A stretch of 63,906 nt of DNA, filler included, from Sluysia triapertura (taxonomy: Eukaryota), in NCBI GenBank assembly GCA_046118255.1. It is 5 parts of 5 records of this genome, joined end to end, with 100 filler letters (N's around TTAATTAATTAA, not from the genome) between each part and the next. Parts side by side here need not be neighbours in the genome. Positions count along the whole stretch, not along the records: positions 22,434 to 41,667 come from JBJNIA010086470.1; 4 more parts are not named here. One strand, given 5' to 3'. Every line of letters starts with the position of its first letter. Positions within the stretch are counted from its first letter, which is position 1. Below the pieces are notes generated by a model, which saw nothing but the letters and a program-made list of their open reading frames with translations, searched no databases and had not been told where the DNA came from. Below are positions 25,757 through 39,219 of this stretch, one piece after another. Both the position numbers and the translations under genes were made by a program.

Positions 25757-26797
25757 TGAATAAAGTTAAAACAATATGTTATATTAAATTATATTAGAAT
25801 TTAATTCTACAATTAGGAAACATCAACTTGACTTGGTATATTTCTAGTTGCAAACAATATTTTATTTTTTAGATAAACTTTTTTTATTCATGGCGTAGTT
25901 TAGAATAATTAAAACATTTAGTTTCAAATTCAGAATCGACACTAGTCCTTTACTTTTAATAATTTGATTGGTATTTTAAGTTTGCAAATTAAATGAATAT
26001 GAATTGAAATAATATGTCGAGATTGAATAATTTAACAAAATTTATATTAAAAAATAAAATTTAAATGTGAATATTTTTACTTTGTACACTATTTTGTTTA
26101 ATATAATGAAATCAAAATATCAGCACTTTTAATTTATTTTTAAAGAATTAAAATTTTATTTTTAATTATGTAATAAAATTACATTTTACTTATTAATTTA
26201 CAGAATATTCCATTTTAACTATTCGTGGCAATATTTAAATTGAATATTATTGAAAAAAATTATTTTCTTTTTATAAGCTAACAGTTAGAATTTTAACGAA
26301 ATTTTATTTCCTCAATTATTGTTGATTTAGTTAAATTTTAGTAGAAAATCAACATATTTAGATTGATTTTTCATTCACAAACATCAATTTTTCGCACTCA
26401 TATCCTTTGCTTTTTGATTTCTTTATTTGGGTCTATTTATAACATAAGTACAATGAATGATGCCTCTCTTGAAAAATATTTTTGATTTATCTATTTATCA
26501 TTAGGTTGCAACATTAACAATCATAATAATTTTTAGAGTCAAATAAAATATTAAAGGAATTTTTGAAGCACACCATACATCTGTAAAATTTTTATCAATT
26601 AAATTATTGGAGTTTAGAATTAATTATTAATTTTAATTTAAATTTTCATTTAATATTGAATAAAACTAAATTAAAATATGTCAAGTTAAAATAAAAGTTA
26701 ATGAACATATAACTTTTTCATATAACAAAGAAATGAAAATTTGTGCATTCACTAAATTTTAATGAGGAGAATATTTTGATTAGATTTGTTTTTGTAG

Positions 26798-27157
26798 ATT
26801 TGACATGATTTTCATTGTGCGTGATGTGCATGATGAATCACGTGATTATCGCATAGCTAGTCACACGATCACTATGCAACGTTATATGGGAGGTTCTGGT
26901 AATACAAATCTGGCTGCAAGTATTGTTCCACAACAAGTGTCAAAGCGTTTTAATCATTTGACACGTGATAGTTCTAGTGGAGTAGTGAGCAGTGAACAGT
27001 TGAAAAGGTATATTGCTTTTTGTAAATCACGCTGTGGACCAAGACTAGATGAAAAAGCTGCTGCAAAACTCAGAACTCAATATGTCCTTATGAGAAGTGG
27101 AAATGCTGATAGAGAAAAGGATTCTGGTAAAGCTAGTGCTATCCCTATTACTGTCAG
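26798..27157 (+). CDS. MCM5: MCM5 exon
   Basis: Splicing restores the SR|FDMIF arginine finger. LKRYIAFCKSRCGPRL...IPITVR. AG/GT boundaries are in compatible phase. Confidence 0.95.
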
Positions 27158-30100
27158 GTTATTATTTTCACGATTTCTGACTAATATTATTACATATTAT
27201 TATTACTTAAGTCTCGGTAATAAATATCAGTAATGCGGAATTAATTTTAGTTTTCGTGCATGAAAATAAAAAAATACTAAGGAAACCGACTTCAATATTT
27301 AAGTATACAACTTAAATAAAACTCACTATTATAGACTTTACAACCAGGTCTAAATATTTCTAAAAAGTGTTTAAAATAAGCTATTTATTTCAGAAAATTA
27401 ATTAAATGGATCGTATAATTTTTTTCAGTGATTATACGTATCTTGTATATATTTTTTTGGTTGTTTAAGTACTTACTAAAAATACTCGATGCAATATTTT
27501 TTGAATTAAAAGATATACTAAGTAACTTTAGACCTTTATGTCTATTGGGAATAATTAATGCAGTTGATAGTCTTGAATTTCTTTCTCAATATTGGTCGAG
27601 AAAAGGCGTCCGGAACTATGTCTACCTTCTAAATTTGTATATAATTATTTTATTAATCAAGTAAAAGTGTTGACCCATCATAACAAGAAAACTTATATTT
27701 TTGGATATGTAAAAGGCATCAACTTTCGTTATTGAATATCTTTATTGACATTCATCACCACATGTTCCGTTTCTGTGCTCCTTTACAAGGATATAAAACC
27801 AATAAACATATATAATTGCATATATAATCTATTTAATTGCAACCAATTTCATAATTTATAATAAATATCTAAAAAGTTTTTTTTTTCCATGCATTATGAA
27901 AATTAATAATAATGAAATTTAATTAAGTTAGTAGTGTTCTTCGTAATAGTTTTGGATTAACATAGTTAAACTCCTTTATGGAGTTATTTATAAATATTAA
28001 ATTATTTTCTATTACAAATTAAAATTATTGCAAAGATTGTTAAATATTTCAATTTTAATGTTTAATAGGATTGATAGGATTTTATAATTTTGTGAAAATG
28101 TAAATGATAAAGGTGATTTTGCTTGTTTAATTAGTATATTGAGTTTTACTTTATTTACTTTGGATGAATGAATATTCGTATCTAAGATATAGTAGGTGTT
28201 TATTAATTTTATTAAAAACATTGTGGAAGTAATGATATTTTTCATTGTACACAGCCGTGTAAAGTATGTAAGTAGAATAGATGGGTCAAAAATAGAGTAC
28301 AACAAAGTCTTATAAAAATGCAAGGTGCATTACTGAAGTGATACATACGTGTAAAGGTAAGGCTGTAAAACTAGGTCTTGTCAATCTTGTTTGCATGAAA
28401 TTTAACTGTTACATAAATTTTAGCATATGTACACAAAATATTCCGAATTTATCATTTTTTTATTTTTACAATTGATACAACCAAATTTGTTTTCAAAACC
28501 GCTTCTACACTTCAGTCTTAAGGACTATTAAATTATTACAAACTAGATAAAGAAAGCTAAAACAATCAACAAGTAATGTATACAATGCCATTACTAGTTT
28601 ATCAAAATTGTAAAAAACAGACACACTGTACAAAAGTTTTCGATATAAAGTTTATGATCGTTGTCGAAGAATGCAGAAGAACAACCAATCCTAATGAATC
28701 AGATGTAGTAAGTAACGTATAAAACATCGATAATGTTAACATTGGTTGTTGTAGGTCGCGGTATTGTTCACGAAATGATAGTGATACGAAGAAAACATTT
28801 AGTCATATCACAACATTCATATATATATATTTATTTATGTAATAAATATTTATTTATATATTTATTTATTTACATTTATTTTATGTAAGTAATTTTTCGA
28901 TAACAGTACAGATCGATCTAAATAAAATTTTGTTATTATCAATAGAAGTTATGTTATCTTGATCTTCATATGTATTGTCAATTTTAATTTCAGCTTCACA
29001 ATTATCAGATATATTAACTATATATAAATGAGTGTTGCCATGAGATTTTTGTTCTTCGGTTGTTAATTACTCTTTTGGTTCTTGATTTGTATCATGAAAT
29101 TCATCTTGTTGAATATCTTCTGATTCATCGATATCATGATGAGTTTTCAGGTTTTGTAAAAATGTCATTTTCATTTCTTCAGTTATTTAATTTAATGCTC
29201 CATGAGTTCTACCTTGCACACATTGTTCAATGGTGTGTGCTAAAAAGGTATGTTTCAATTCATCGTTTAGTACAGCTGGTCTAGTAAATAAATCACGACA
29301 TTTGTGAATTTCGTAATCACTTGTTACCTTAATTGTAACATTTATCTGTAATTACATTGATCCTGGTTCTTCTGATTCTATTTATATTCTGATATAAATA
29401 GAATTTTTAACTCCAGATTAATGAAATAACGTAGTTATTTTGTACAAAGCGACTGAAATGCCCATTCCATTAATGAGAAGCAAAAAAGTAGAAATAAGAA
29501 TAGAAATAAAACTAAAGATGAATATGATAGTATATGAATAAAACGATAAGGAGATTAAGTAATAACACAATACTATTATTATGATCATTATTACTACTAC
29601 TATTATTATTATTATTCTAGTGGGTTCAATTATCTTTCTCTTTATATTTAAAAACATTAAAAATATCAAGTTGAAACCAAATTTTAACGTGTTAATTTTA
29701 AGTTATTTAAAGAATTAAACATCGGCGTAAAGTCGTAAAAATATTTAACTAATTAAACTATTAAAAATACAAATCGTGTATAAATTATCTACATTCAAAA
29801 TACCACTAATATATGTCGATTGTCTCGTGAAGGTTGAATACTTCTTCCTTTTAATTCACAGAGTAACATTGTAATACAACTAGTATAACCTTCATTATGT
29901 AAAAAGTAAATAGTAAAAAGTAAAAATTATCTATTAATGTATTTAGAAGTTTGAATAAAAGGGTAATAGATGGTACAACGTTATGGGTATTATATACAGC
30001 ATATTCTTTATTATTGTTGTTAGACTTTAGCAATGCGTTTTATAGATTCCACTGAATTTTGGGCATTTTCCTTGGACTGACGACCTTTTGAAGTAGATAA

Positions 30101-30277
30101 TTTTAGAGCATCAATAATTAGAAAATATCGATAAATAGTTTTTAAATTTTTGAAGTTTTCAATTGCGTCTTGGTATTTCTCCAAGGTTTGTTAGAAAAAA
30201 TTGATTTTTTTAATGTTATAATTTTTAATTATAAAGTATATTTTTATTAAAGTTTTAAAATAATAAAACTAACAATA

Positions 30278-30346
<69 letters not shown>
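30278..30346. repeat. Perfect (AAT)n microsatellite, ~23 units
   Basis: Read directly from the sequence. Confidence 0.95.
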
Positions 30347-30347
<1 letters not shown>

Positions 30348-31150
30348 GATACAAATATAAATATAAATAAGATAATTAAAAGATAAAGTTCTTGACGTTT
30401 TAGAAATATTATAGTGAATGATTTACTTAAGTGATTTCAGTACTTATTTTATTTATACTAATTGTTTAAAATTTTATAAAATTGCTTAATAAAATTCTTT
30501 TTGTTTCATAAGTGTTGTAATAAATGATTTTGAGCGTAATAATGAAACAAGTTAAGTATAAGTATAAGTATAAGTAGCAGAAATGTGAGAAACAATATAA
30601 AATATGTGCATAAGGATAAATATAGATACGTGCAAAAGAGAAACAACAAACGAAACATGGCAACAACGATAATATGTATAAAATTGAGTGATTATGAAGT
30701 TATTAAGGTCATGTTAATGTTTGTATGTATTGAGTAAAGTATTAGTGTATTGTAGTTTGTTTGTTAATTTGTTTATGACATGTATTGGATTTTGATGAAA
30801 TGTGTTTATGATTGTGATGAGTTGATTGAGGGTCCGATACATTATTATTTTATTTATTTATTTTTGTGATTTTATGATTATGAATGTAAACGGGCTGAAG
30901 GAGTGTGTTATTTTAGGTTTTAGTTATTACAGATAGTTGATATATTTGGGATAAATTGTTTATTGAAAGGTTTTTTTGAATTTGTTTATAAGATGTACAA
31001 TTTAGAATTGAGATTGATCACTACATATAAATAAATGTAAGATAATTTATGTAGTTTTATTTAACTTTAGGTTTATAATTTTATAGAAATTTGGTGTTTT
31101 ATTATCTTTACTCAATTTATTTTAGTTGATAATTTTCTAACAATGGAAAT

Positions 31151-32528
31151 GTCCAAGATAAACCAAGGGATTTTAATGAAACTATGCACTTTATGGATTT
31201 CGGCACGCTAATTCTGAACATACCACTCGCTTTTCACCCCCCAAAGTTAGAAATTTTGAACGCAATTATCTCGCGAACCAGTTAGAATTTTTAGATTCTG
31301 ATTTCAGATTTGAATTTAGCATTCACATCACACAAAAACAGGACAGACATTTACGAATTGCGTAATTTTGATATAACAATATAATTGGCACAACGTAAAT
31401 TGCACTATTTTCATGATTACTAATCAACAATACAATGATTAGTACTTCCTAATATTTTGATACATAAAAACAGGCTATTGACCCGGGAGTAAAAAATACT
31501 CATTGATTTTTAAATAAAATTGTTATTCAGCCTGATTTCTTTGTGTGTAAATATTTATCGATTTTCATTATCTTAATCATCTGAAATATTTGCTTTATTC
31601 GTTGTGCATATTGTAATGATGTGTGCTTTGATAACTTTTTATCTGTACATTACCAGTGACATCGTTTAATTCCTTTCTTTAAAAAATAAACTGAATTGTT
31701 TTTATCATTATAATTATTGTTCATTTATTTGAAAAAAATTTTTTATGACGATAGTTTAACTTTTGCGGTCCTCTGTCAAAGATAGTCCGACAGAAAATGT
31801 TTACATTTCGTATTTTTATTATCGTCAAGTTCGGACCACTGTACTATATGCGAAGTATGCAGATTATTGGAGTTGTGCAAGTGTATTATCGTAAACAAAT
31901 AGGAATACTCCATCCTGAGGAATGCTTTTAAAAATATCACACCCTAAAGATTACAAAAAAAATAAACCGGCATTCGATATTTTATAAACTCAAATAATGT
32001 ATATTATTTTTTTATATTATATAAATATTACATAAATACATAAATATAATTAAATTAATAAATAAATAATTTAAATTCGATTTTTTGAGTTAAGCGTTTA
32101 ATTGTGAAAATTTTGTGTTTTCGCGGGAATTAAATAGGACTTGTAGAGGATTCAATGGAAATAAAATAGAACCGCAAAGGGTTAATCATTCATTGTTATG
32201 TATATTAGGAATTGTAATGGTAATTCTGCAATTCACATTTTGTTCATTATATTGGAGAATTACATTATGTTATATCAAAATTAAGTAATTTGTAAAAAGG
32301 CTGTTCGTTGTGTGTTGTCATTTTACAAACTTTTGAATGCTGAATTCAAATCTGAAATCAGAATTGAAAAATTCTAACTGGTTCGCGAGATAATTGCGTT
32401 CAAACTTCAGAGGCTCTAACATGAGACGGTTCATTTGTCCGAAAAGCGAGTAGCATATTCGGAGTTAGCGTGACTAAATCTATAAAGTTCGTATAGTTTC
32501 ATTAAAATTCATCGGTTTACATTGGAAC
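31151..32528. mobile_element. Foldback-type DNA element with ~230-260-bp inverted arms, in an MCM5 intron
   Basis: Arm 31151-31380 is the reverse complement of 32268-32528, e.g. TTTGAACGCAATTATCTCGCGAACCAGTTAGAATTTTT versus AAAAATTCTAACTGGTTCGCGAGATAATTGCGTTCAAA. Confidence 0.88.
31760..32181. mobile_element. 422-bp piggyBac-type MITE nested in the foldback element
   Basis: TTAA|CTTTTGCGGTCCT ... AGAACCGCAAAGGG|TTAA. Confidence 0.78.
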
Positions 32529-32804
32529 GTGTTGATATTAAATTTTATGGTTTCAATTATAAGTTATCGTTAGTGTTTTCGACTCAACTTTTTCAACAGA
32601 AATGGAAATGAAATTTAGAGTACGATCTCAAATTGTTTCTCTTTCCTACAAATATAACGACAAACTAAGTTTTTTTGTGAGATATATTTGAACATATTAT
32701 TTATCTCTAACTCTATATTAAAGCAATTAAAAATGATGGCGGATTAATTAATTAATAAGGCATTAAAATATAATATTATTGATATTATATTTTAAAATAA
32801 TTAG

Positions 32805-33075
32805 ACAATGCGAGGCAGTGATAAGAATAGCTGAGAGTTTAGCTCGTATGCGTCTATCCCCAGTGGCAACCGAATCAGATGTTGATGAAGCACTTCGTTT
32901 ATTTCAAGTATCTACTTTAGAAGCTGCTGCTACTGGTCAGTTAGAATGGGTCGATGAATTATCAACTCGAGAAAATCAAGTATTGCTAGGAAAAGTGGAA
33001 AAAGCCCTTAAACGCCGTATACCAATTTCGTGCCAAGTTTCTGAGATGACGTTATTACAAGATATGAATAATCAA
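32805..33075 (+). CDS. MCM5: MCM5 exon (sensor-2 helix and start of winged helix); last exon not found
   Basis: R|QCEAVIRIAESLARMRL...VDEALRLFQVSTLEAA. AG at 32803-04, GT at 33076. Confidence 0.93.
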
Positions 33076-33735
33076 GTTTGTAATATTTAAGTTTGTAATA
33101 TTAAAATGAAGGTTCATTTTTAAATTCAATTCTTTAATGTGATTTTTAATATTTTCAATCACCTATTTGAGCAAGTTATCACACTTTTAATTAATATTCA
33201 GCCGAAAAATCTGAAAATGCTAAAATGATAAACGTCATCAACTACTATTATTTCATAGAACATTTGATTTTTAATGATTGTATTTCATTTAGTATTTTTA
33301 ATTATGAAAAATATGTTAACACGAATCCTAAAAAGGTACATGTGAGTAATTCGAGCAATATGTGATGTCGAGGGCATTACATTATTTAAATTTTAGCTTA
33401 ATTTTATTTTTATTTGTTTCAAAATTTACTTTTAATAAACTGATTAACTGGACATAATTTAACCTAATTTTATCTTTATTTAAAAACAAGGGCTTAAGGC
33501 CCGAAACAATTGATAACAAAAAAACAATAATTAAATTTAAATGAATAACAAGTTTTGCTTTTAATATGATACTCGAGAAATTACATAACAAACATATAGT
33601 TAATAAATAAATAATAAAAATAACCAATAAACACAGAAAAGTACAAAAAGTATGATCAGATTTGGTAGCACATTCTCGTACGTTATCTGACTTTTCATTA
33701 TCCGCATTAATTTTATTAGGATATAAAGGCATTTC

Positions 33736-34350
33736 AACCACACCATGTCTAGCAGTGCCAGTAACAGCATCATGATGTTGAACAATACTCATAATTGAAG
33801 AAACTTTATGAGTAATCCTATCTTTAATCACAATAGAATGATTCAGAGAATAGTATAATTTTTTACGGCTAAAAAATACGTTACTAAAAAAACATATTGA
33901 TCTTTTCAAATTCGGATGACTCGTAAAATATCCAACCCAATAATCGGATTGAGAGTCAGAATTATCTGGGAAATAATCACCAGTTCTATGTAAATAGACA
34001 ATATTTTCATTACGGACGTTTTTTATATAACAATTTGGTGTTGAATACAAGAGATAAAATTCATTCTGGTTTGCATTAATATAATCAATTAATAATTCGT
34101 AATAAAAAAATGAATAACGAGCATCTTTAGAATGTAAGTCCCTACCTAACAATACTGGTATATTTTTACTATTAATAGTAGACTTTACTTCTTCTAAAAA
34201 TGACATAAAACTACTAAGATAGTGATTAAGATTTGAATCAGTTTCATGATCATTTATAATTGGATCATTATTACAAAAAATATCAAAACAAACTTGGCTC
34301 TTAATAGTACACGAATCAAATAAAATATTTGTAAATAATTCTGCCGACTT
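33736..34350 (-). pseudogene. GH38 lysosomal alpha-mannosidase (MAN2B1-like) intronless fragment within ORF 33382-34386
   Basis: AELFTNIL, CFDIFC, LGRDL (resembles MGSDF), LYSTPNCY, DYFP, YWVGYFTSHPNLKR and VQHHDAVTGT appear in MAN2B1 order. The N-terminal HxD/nucleophile region and the C-terminal domains are absent. It could be either an exon or a pseudogene. Confidence 0.85.
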
Positions 34351-35010
34351 TTTCGCACTAATCTTATATAAATAATAACATAACATAAAAATTTCTTTGT
34401 TTTCTTCATTAAACTTAATCTTACTTTTATATCCTTGATTTTCTGGTCATAATAACTTAAGAATAAGATGTGGGACTTACAAAATTGAGATGTTAAAGTT
34501 TAAAGATGTAAGATGGTGTGTAAGGCGTTTTAGTGTTAATTTTAATGTTATTTCAAATGAATTGATTTTAGATGTTAAATGTTTTGAAACAATAAAAATG
34601 CTTTGTAAATGTTAGCGTACCTTAATGTTCTAAATGAAATAATGTTTCTTGCTGAAAATGTATTAAGGTGTAAATGTTTATGACTTAAATACTTTGGAAT
34701 AGTGTAAACGATGAAATGAGTGATGAATGTACTTTGGTGTTTTGTAAGAGAGTAATGTTAAACTGTTGGAATTAATGGTACAATATCATGAATTTAGAAT
34801 GTTTGCGTGGCTTTGAAGATGTTTGTTGGTTAATATCGAATGTGATTGTGATTGAAATGTTATAATATTGAAGATTTGAAATGTTTTGATAAAAAAGAAT
34901 TTATTTTGGTGAATGTGAAAAGAATTTGTGATTACACCTCTTTTAATTTTTGTCTTTATGATTTAGTTTGTGTTTTTATGATAATTTCAATATCATGTTC
35001 TTTTAAAATT

Positions 35011-35050
35011 AGGGACTAATTTTCCCTGAAGGGAAAGTTATATGTAAAAG
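35011..35050 (+). mobile_element. Putative PPT / 3'-LTR junction of an LTR element
   Basis: AGGGA...TCCCT hairpin, purine tract GAAGGGAAAG, then TGTAAAAG at 35043. Confidence 0.4.
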
Positions 35051-36264
35051 TATTTTTAGTTATTAGTATAATTTTTAGTTATTAGTATATTTTGAAATAT
35101 TAGTAATACATTGAAATTATCGTTAAATTATAAATTAAAATTTTTTTTATTAAAATATAAATATTTATTATAGTAAAAAATAATATAAAATTATTATATT
35201 AAATAAATAAATATTTAAAAAATTATTAAAGAATTTATTATTATTAATATTATTAAAACATAAAATATTTTAAAAAATTTATTATTATTATTATTAAACA
35301 AATATTAAAAAATTTATTGTTAAAATGATTAGTTGTTGCTATGGTAAGTAAACATTACTGATTGTATATAAGGAGAGAATTTGTGGTAACAAAAAACATA
35401 CACATTGTTTACAGTAGCTATTCTGTTGTTTAATTGAAGAAGATTATAATTCATATAAATTATTTTTTGAAGAAATTTTAAAGGAAATAGAAAGCTAATT
35501 TATTTCTACAGCAGCTATTCTTAATCAAATAATTATAGAGTAGAAGGAATACCAATTTATTTCCGCAACAATTTTTGTTAATTAAATATTTGAAAGAAAT
35601 CACTTGGGAGAAATTGTAAAGAGATAAAAAATTAATTTTTTGCAGCAATCTTTAGTGTCATAGTATTTTTAAGTTACAGAATTTAAATCAATTATAAAAT
35701 ACACGTTAAATTTTCTAATAGTTTAGTAAAATTTTATTTACAACATAAATTAATTTTTAAAATCCAAAGCAGCAAATATTAATTGATAAATTAATATTTT
35801 TAACACTTTATATATATATATATATATTATTACTTTATACATAAATTTATTAATTAAATTGATAATTGTATATACACTTTTGCTTCTATTCGAATAAATA
35901 TTCTTGTACCTGTCGGGTTACCATTTTGATACGATTTTAAATAATTTAATAAACATTTTTGTATATCTGTCGAATTTATCATTTTATATACATTTTGTTT
36001 ATCAAGTTGTCATTTCATATATTTTATTTAAATAAACTTTTAGTGTTTGTTGATTTTTTATTAACGTCTAACATTTGTTAATAAATAATTCTTGGAAAAG
36101 GTGCATTTTCCTTAATATTGAAGAGAATAAGTTTGAAACAATTAAATTAGCATTGTATAATAATTATCCTATAAGTTATTCATCAAGTTATTTCGTTAGC
36201 ATCTCGACTTAGTACTTTGTAAGGATTAAGGATAACATAAACAAAAATCCCAATAGTATCCTTC

Positions 36265-37597
36265 TGTAAAGGTGTACATAATTTTATATTTTACATTTAA
36301 TTTTTTATGATTTTTTAAATTACAAAATATTATAAATAATTATTAAAATTTATATTATTTAAAAATTATTATTTTAATTATAACAAAATTAAAATTATTA
36401 GTATTACAATTTATATAATACATAAAAAGAAACTTCTAGAAAGAAGTTTGTTTAACTAAAATAAAAACTTAAATATGTCTTTATGAATATATAAAGACAG
36501 ACAAAGAAAATAAAGTCACAATTGCAATTACAAATCGCCATAATTAAAAAATAAGAAAGTCATCAGACAATAATCCGCCATCTTATTCAATCGGGAATCA
36601 ATAATGCAGCATCTTGGTATCAAATCATTCTTCTCGAGGAGTTCAACATATTTTCAAAATAATCAATCAAATTAGTTATATCGTGTCTCGCGTCTACGAT
36701 TAGAGGGAACGATTTTTCATCTTCCATGGCACAATTCATTCGATAGAAGAAGCAATTATTTACCATTCACGTTTTTTTATTGATTAATCGTAAGTTTGAT
36801 TTACATAAGTTGCTAACTTCACGTAGAGTTATAAAATATACGTAAAATACTATTTTTCACGTTTGGTCATTAAGGCCAATCATAAAATCACATTAAGGCC
36901 AGTCATAAAATCTCAGACCTTTAGTTGGCCCTTATGGTCAATTATAAAGTAGATATTGCAGGGTAGAGTCTTTTGGGCGAGACCCTTATTATATTTCAAT
37001 TACTATCGTTATTATCATTTTTATCACTTATCAAATTTATCATTTTTAGTTTTCTATTATTAATATCCGTTCATTGTATATTTTTGTAAATTTTTATTAG
37101 TTTTATTTTTGATATATTTTGGTTTAATAAAAATTACTAGAATTTTTTTAAACTTTGTGTTCTTTTCACTATAATTGTATTAGTACTCACTTTGTAACTT
37201 AAATTTGAATGTATTTTTCGTTGTAAGAACATTAATTCTAATATCATTTATAAAATAAGGAAAAATTAAAAGTTCTAACAGTTATTATAATATAATTTAA
37301 AGAATATAGGAAAAGATACGTTTTTATACCATTATTATCTGCCTGATTATTATACTAATTCGAATATCTCTTAAGCTGGCGTTGGTCTTAATTAGTTTTT
37401 AGGTTGTTTGTTTCCAATTGACATAAACGACAATTTTGCCCATTATTGTTAAGTTAAGGCAAAGAATAATTTTTGTACGAATTAATTTTGATAATTGCTT
37501 TCATGTAATTTTACAGACACGCCATTAGTAAGTCGTATACTTTAAACGGACTCGTAATTATTATTATTAATTATTTTGCTGTAGGTTAGGTTTTTAG
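36265..37597. repeat. Dispersed repeat family A, copy 3 (inverted relative to copy 1)
   Basis: Starts TGTAAAGGTGTACA. Colinear reverse complement of ~2190-3472. Confidence 0.85.
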
Positions 37598-39219
37598 ATT
37601 TGCAATAAATGAAGAACATGGGTAATTTAATAATTTTAAAATATTAATTTGAGACTTAGAGAGCCAATTATTTTACTGGAATTTGTAAAAATTTTATAAT
37701 AATAATAATGAGTTTTCTTTTAAAACCTTGTCTCATAAAATTAAAGTAAGCTTGTGTTCTATGTCTTACGCATTTAAGGGCTCATTCATAGAATTTTAGA
37801 TTTATGTCAAGCCACTTAAAATGTGGGCGTCACTTAATGATGATTTATACATTTAGCTGTTTAATTTATTTATTAATTATTTTTTAAAATGATTTTAACC
37901 TCATTTTAAAGTGAGGTGAAAACAGTGAATTTACTCCATTTTAAACTGGAAGTACAAATTTTATGATTTTATTTAATTTTAGTTATATCACTTTTATTTT
38001 ACTCCGTTTTAAATTGGCATGCAAAACGCTATATATATTTAAGGTGATTTATTTAATTAAATAAAGCTTTTTACTAACAATTAATACTATTTATATCACG
38101 CAATTAAAATCCGTTTATAATAAGAAAGATTGTTTCAAATCTTTAAATATAGTAAATTAGATTTTGAAATGATTTTTCGCCTTTTTAAATTAGTGTAAAA
38201 TTCAATTTAAATTAATATTCACTTTTAAATTGTAATAAACTCAGTATAATAAAACTAACGATGTATTCGGTTGTCATAAAAATCTTTAAAATTATGTGAT
38301 TTCTATAAAAAAAGTAATTTTTGTGGAACGGAAAATAAAATAAAATAGAAAATTCTAGAATTCGAATCGTTTATGAGTGGTCACTTAGCAGTTTTATATA
38401 CAAATTAGTAACACAATTTATATTCACTTTAGGAAAAATCTTTTAATAACAACTTTTTTCCACATCCAACTTAATGAGAGAAAAAATTTATATTTAAATT
38501 CTTAGCTATATTAGAACAGGAAATATTTTATTGACATCTTTGAATTTCATTTATTTCCTGAAATTACTTTAGATTTTCTTGTCATTCGTTTATTAATTTG
38601 TGTTTTTTGCTTTATTATTGATTGGTTTTTTAAGTGTGACATTTCAGAATATCATTTGAACATTGATTATTAAAGTACTGTTTTTAATGTGGAACATCTA
38701 AATTAAAATTAAATAGTAGTTTAGATCTGAATTTGTTTATGTGTCAAAATGTTGTACAAAAACTAACGATTAGTTAATGGAAAGTGTCAAAATTGATTTT
38801 CCAACGATTAGATTTATGAATAAAATATAGTTTTTTTCAAATATAAAATGTATCTTCTTAAAATGTAATCAGAAAACAATAAAATATAACTCTCTTCCAA
38901 ATATAACAAATATAAACTATAGTTTTTGTGACTATTTTACAAAATCCCATTGTATTTATAGTTTTATGTTGCTAAGATTACAAACAATAATATTTAGTTT
39001 TAAATGTTTTAAATAATAATATTATTATTGGTTTTTAATAATACTTTTACGATATTTTGATAATAATAATAATTTTATTTTTTATAATATTTCAATAGTA
39101 ATTTCAATTTTAATTTCATACATATTACGTTTTAAATAAAAATGCACTTATTTTTATGGACACAATTTTTTGCATTTAATTTTTACTAATTTTACCTTTA
39201 TAACATGAAAAATTAAATA

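Noticed and set aside
29418-29669. Short I/L/F-rich 'membrane protein' ORFs here and throughout the window
   Set aside because: Expected by-products of T-rich low-complexity DNA, with no motifs or splice support.
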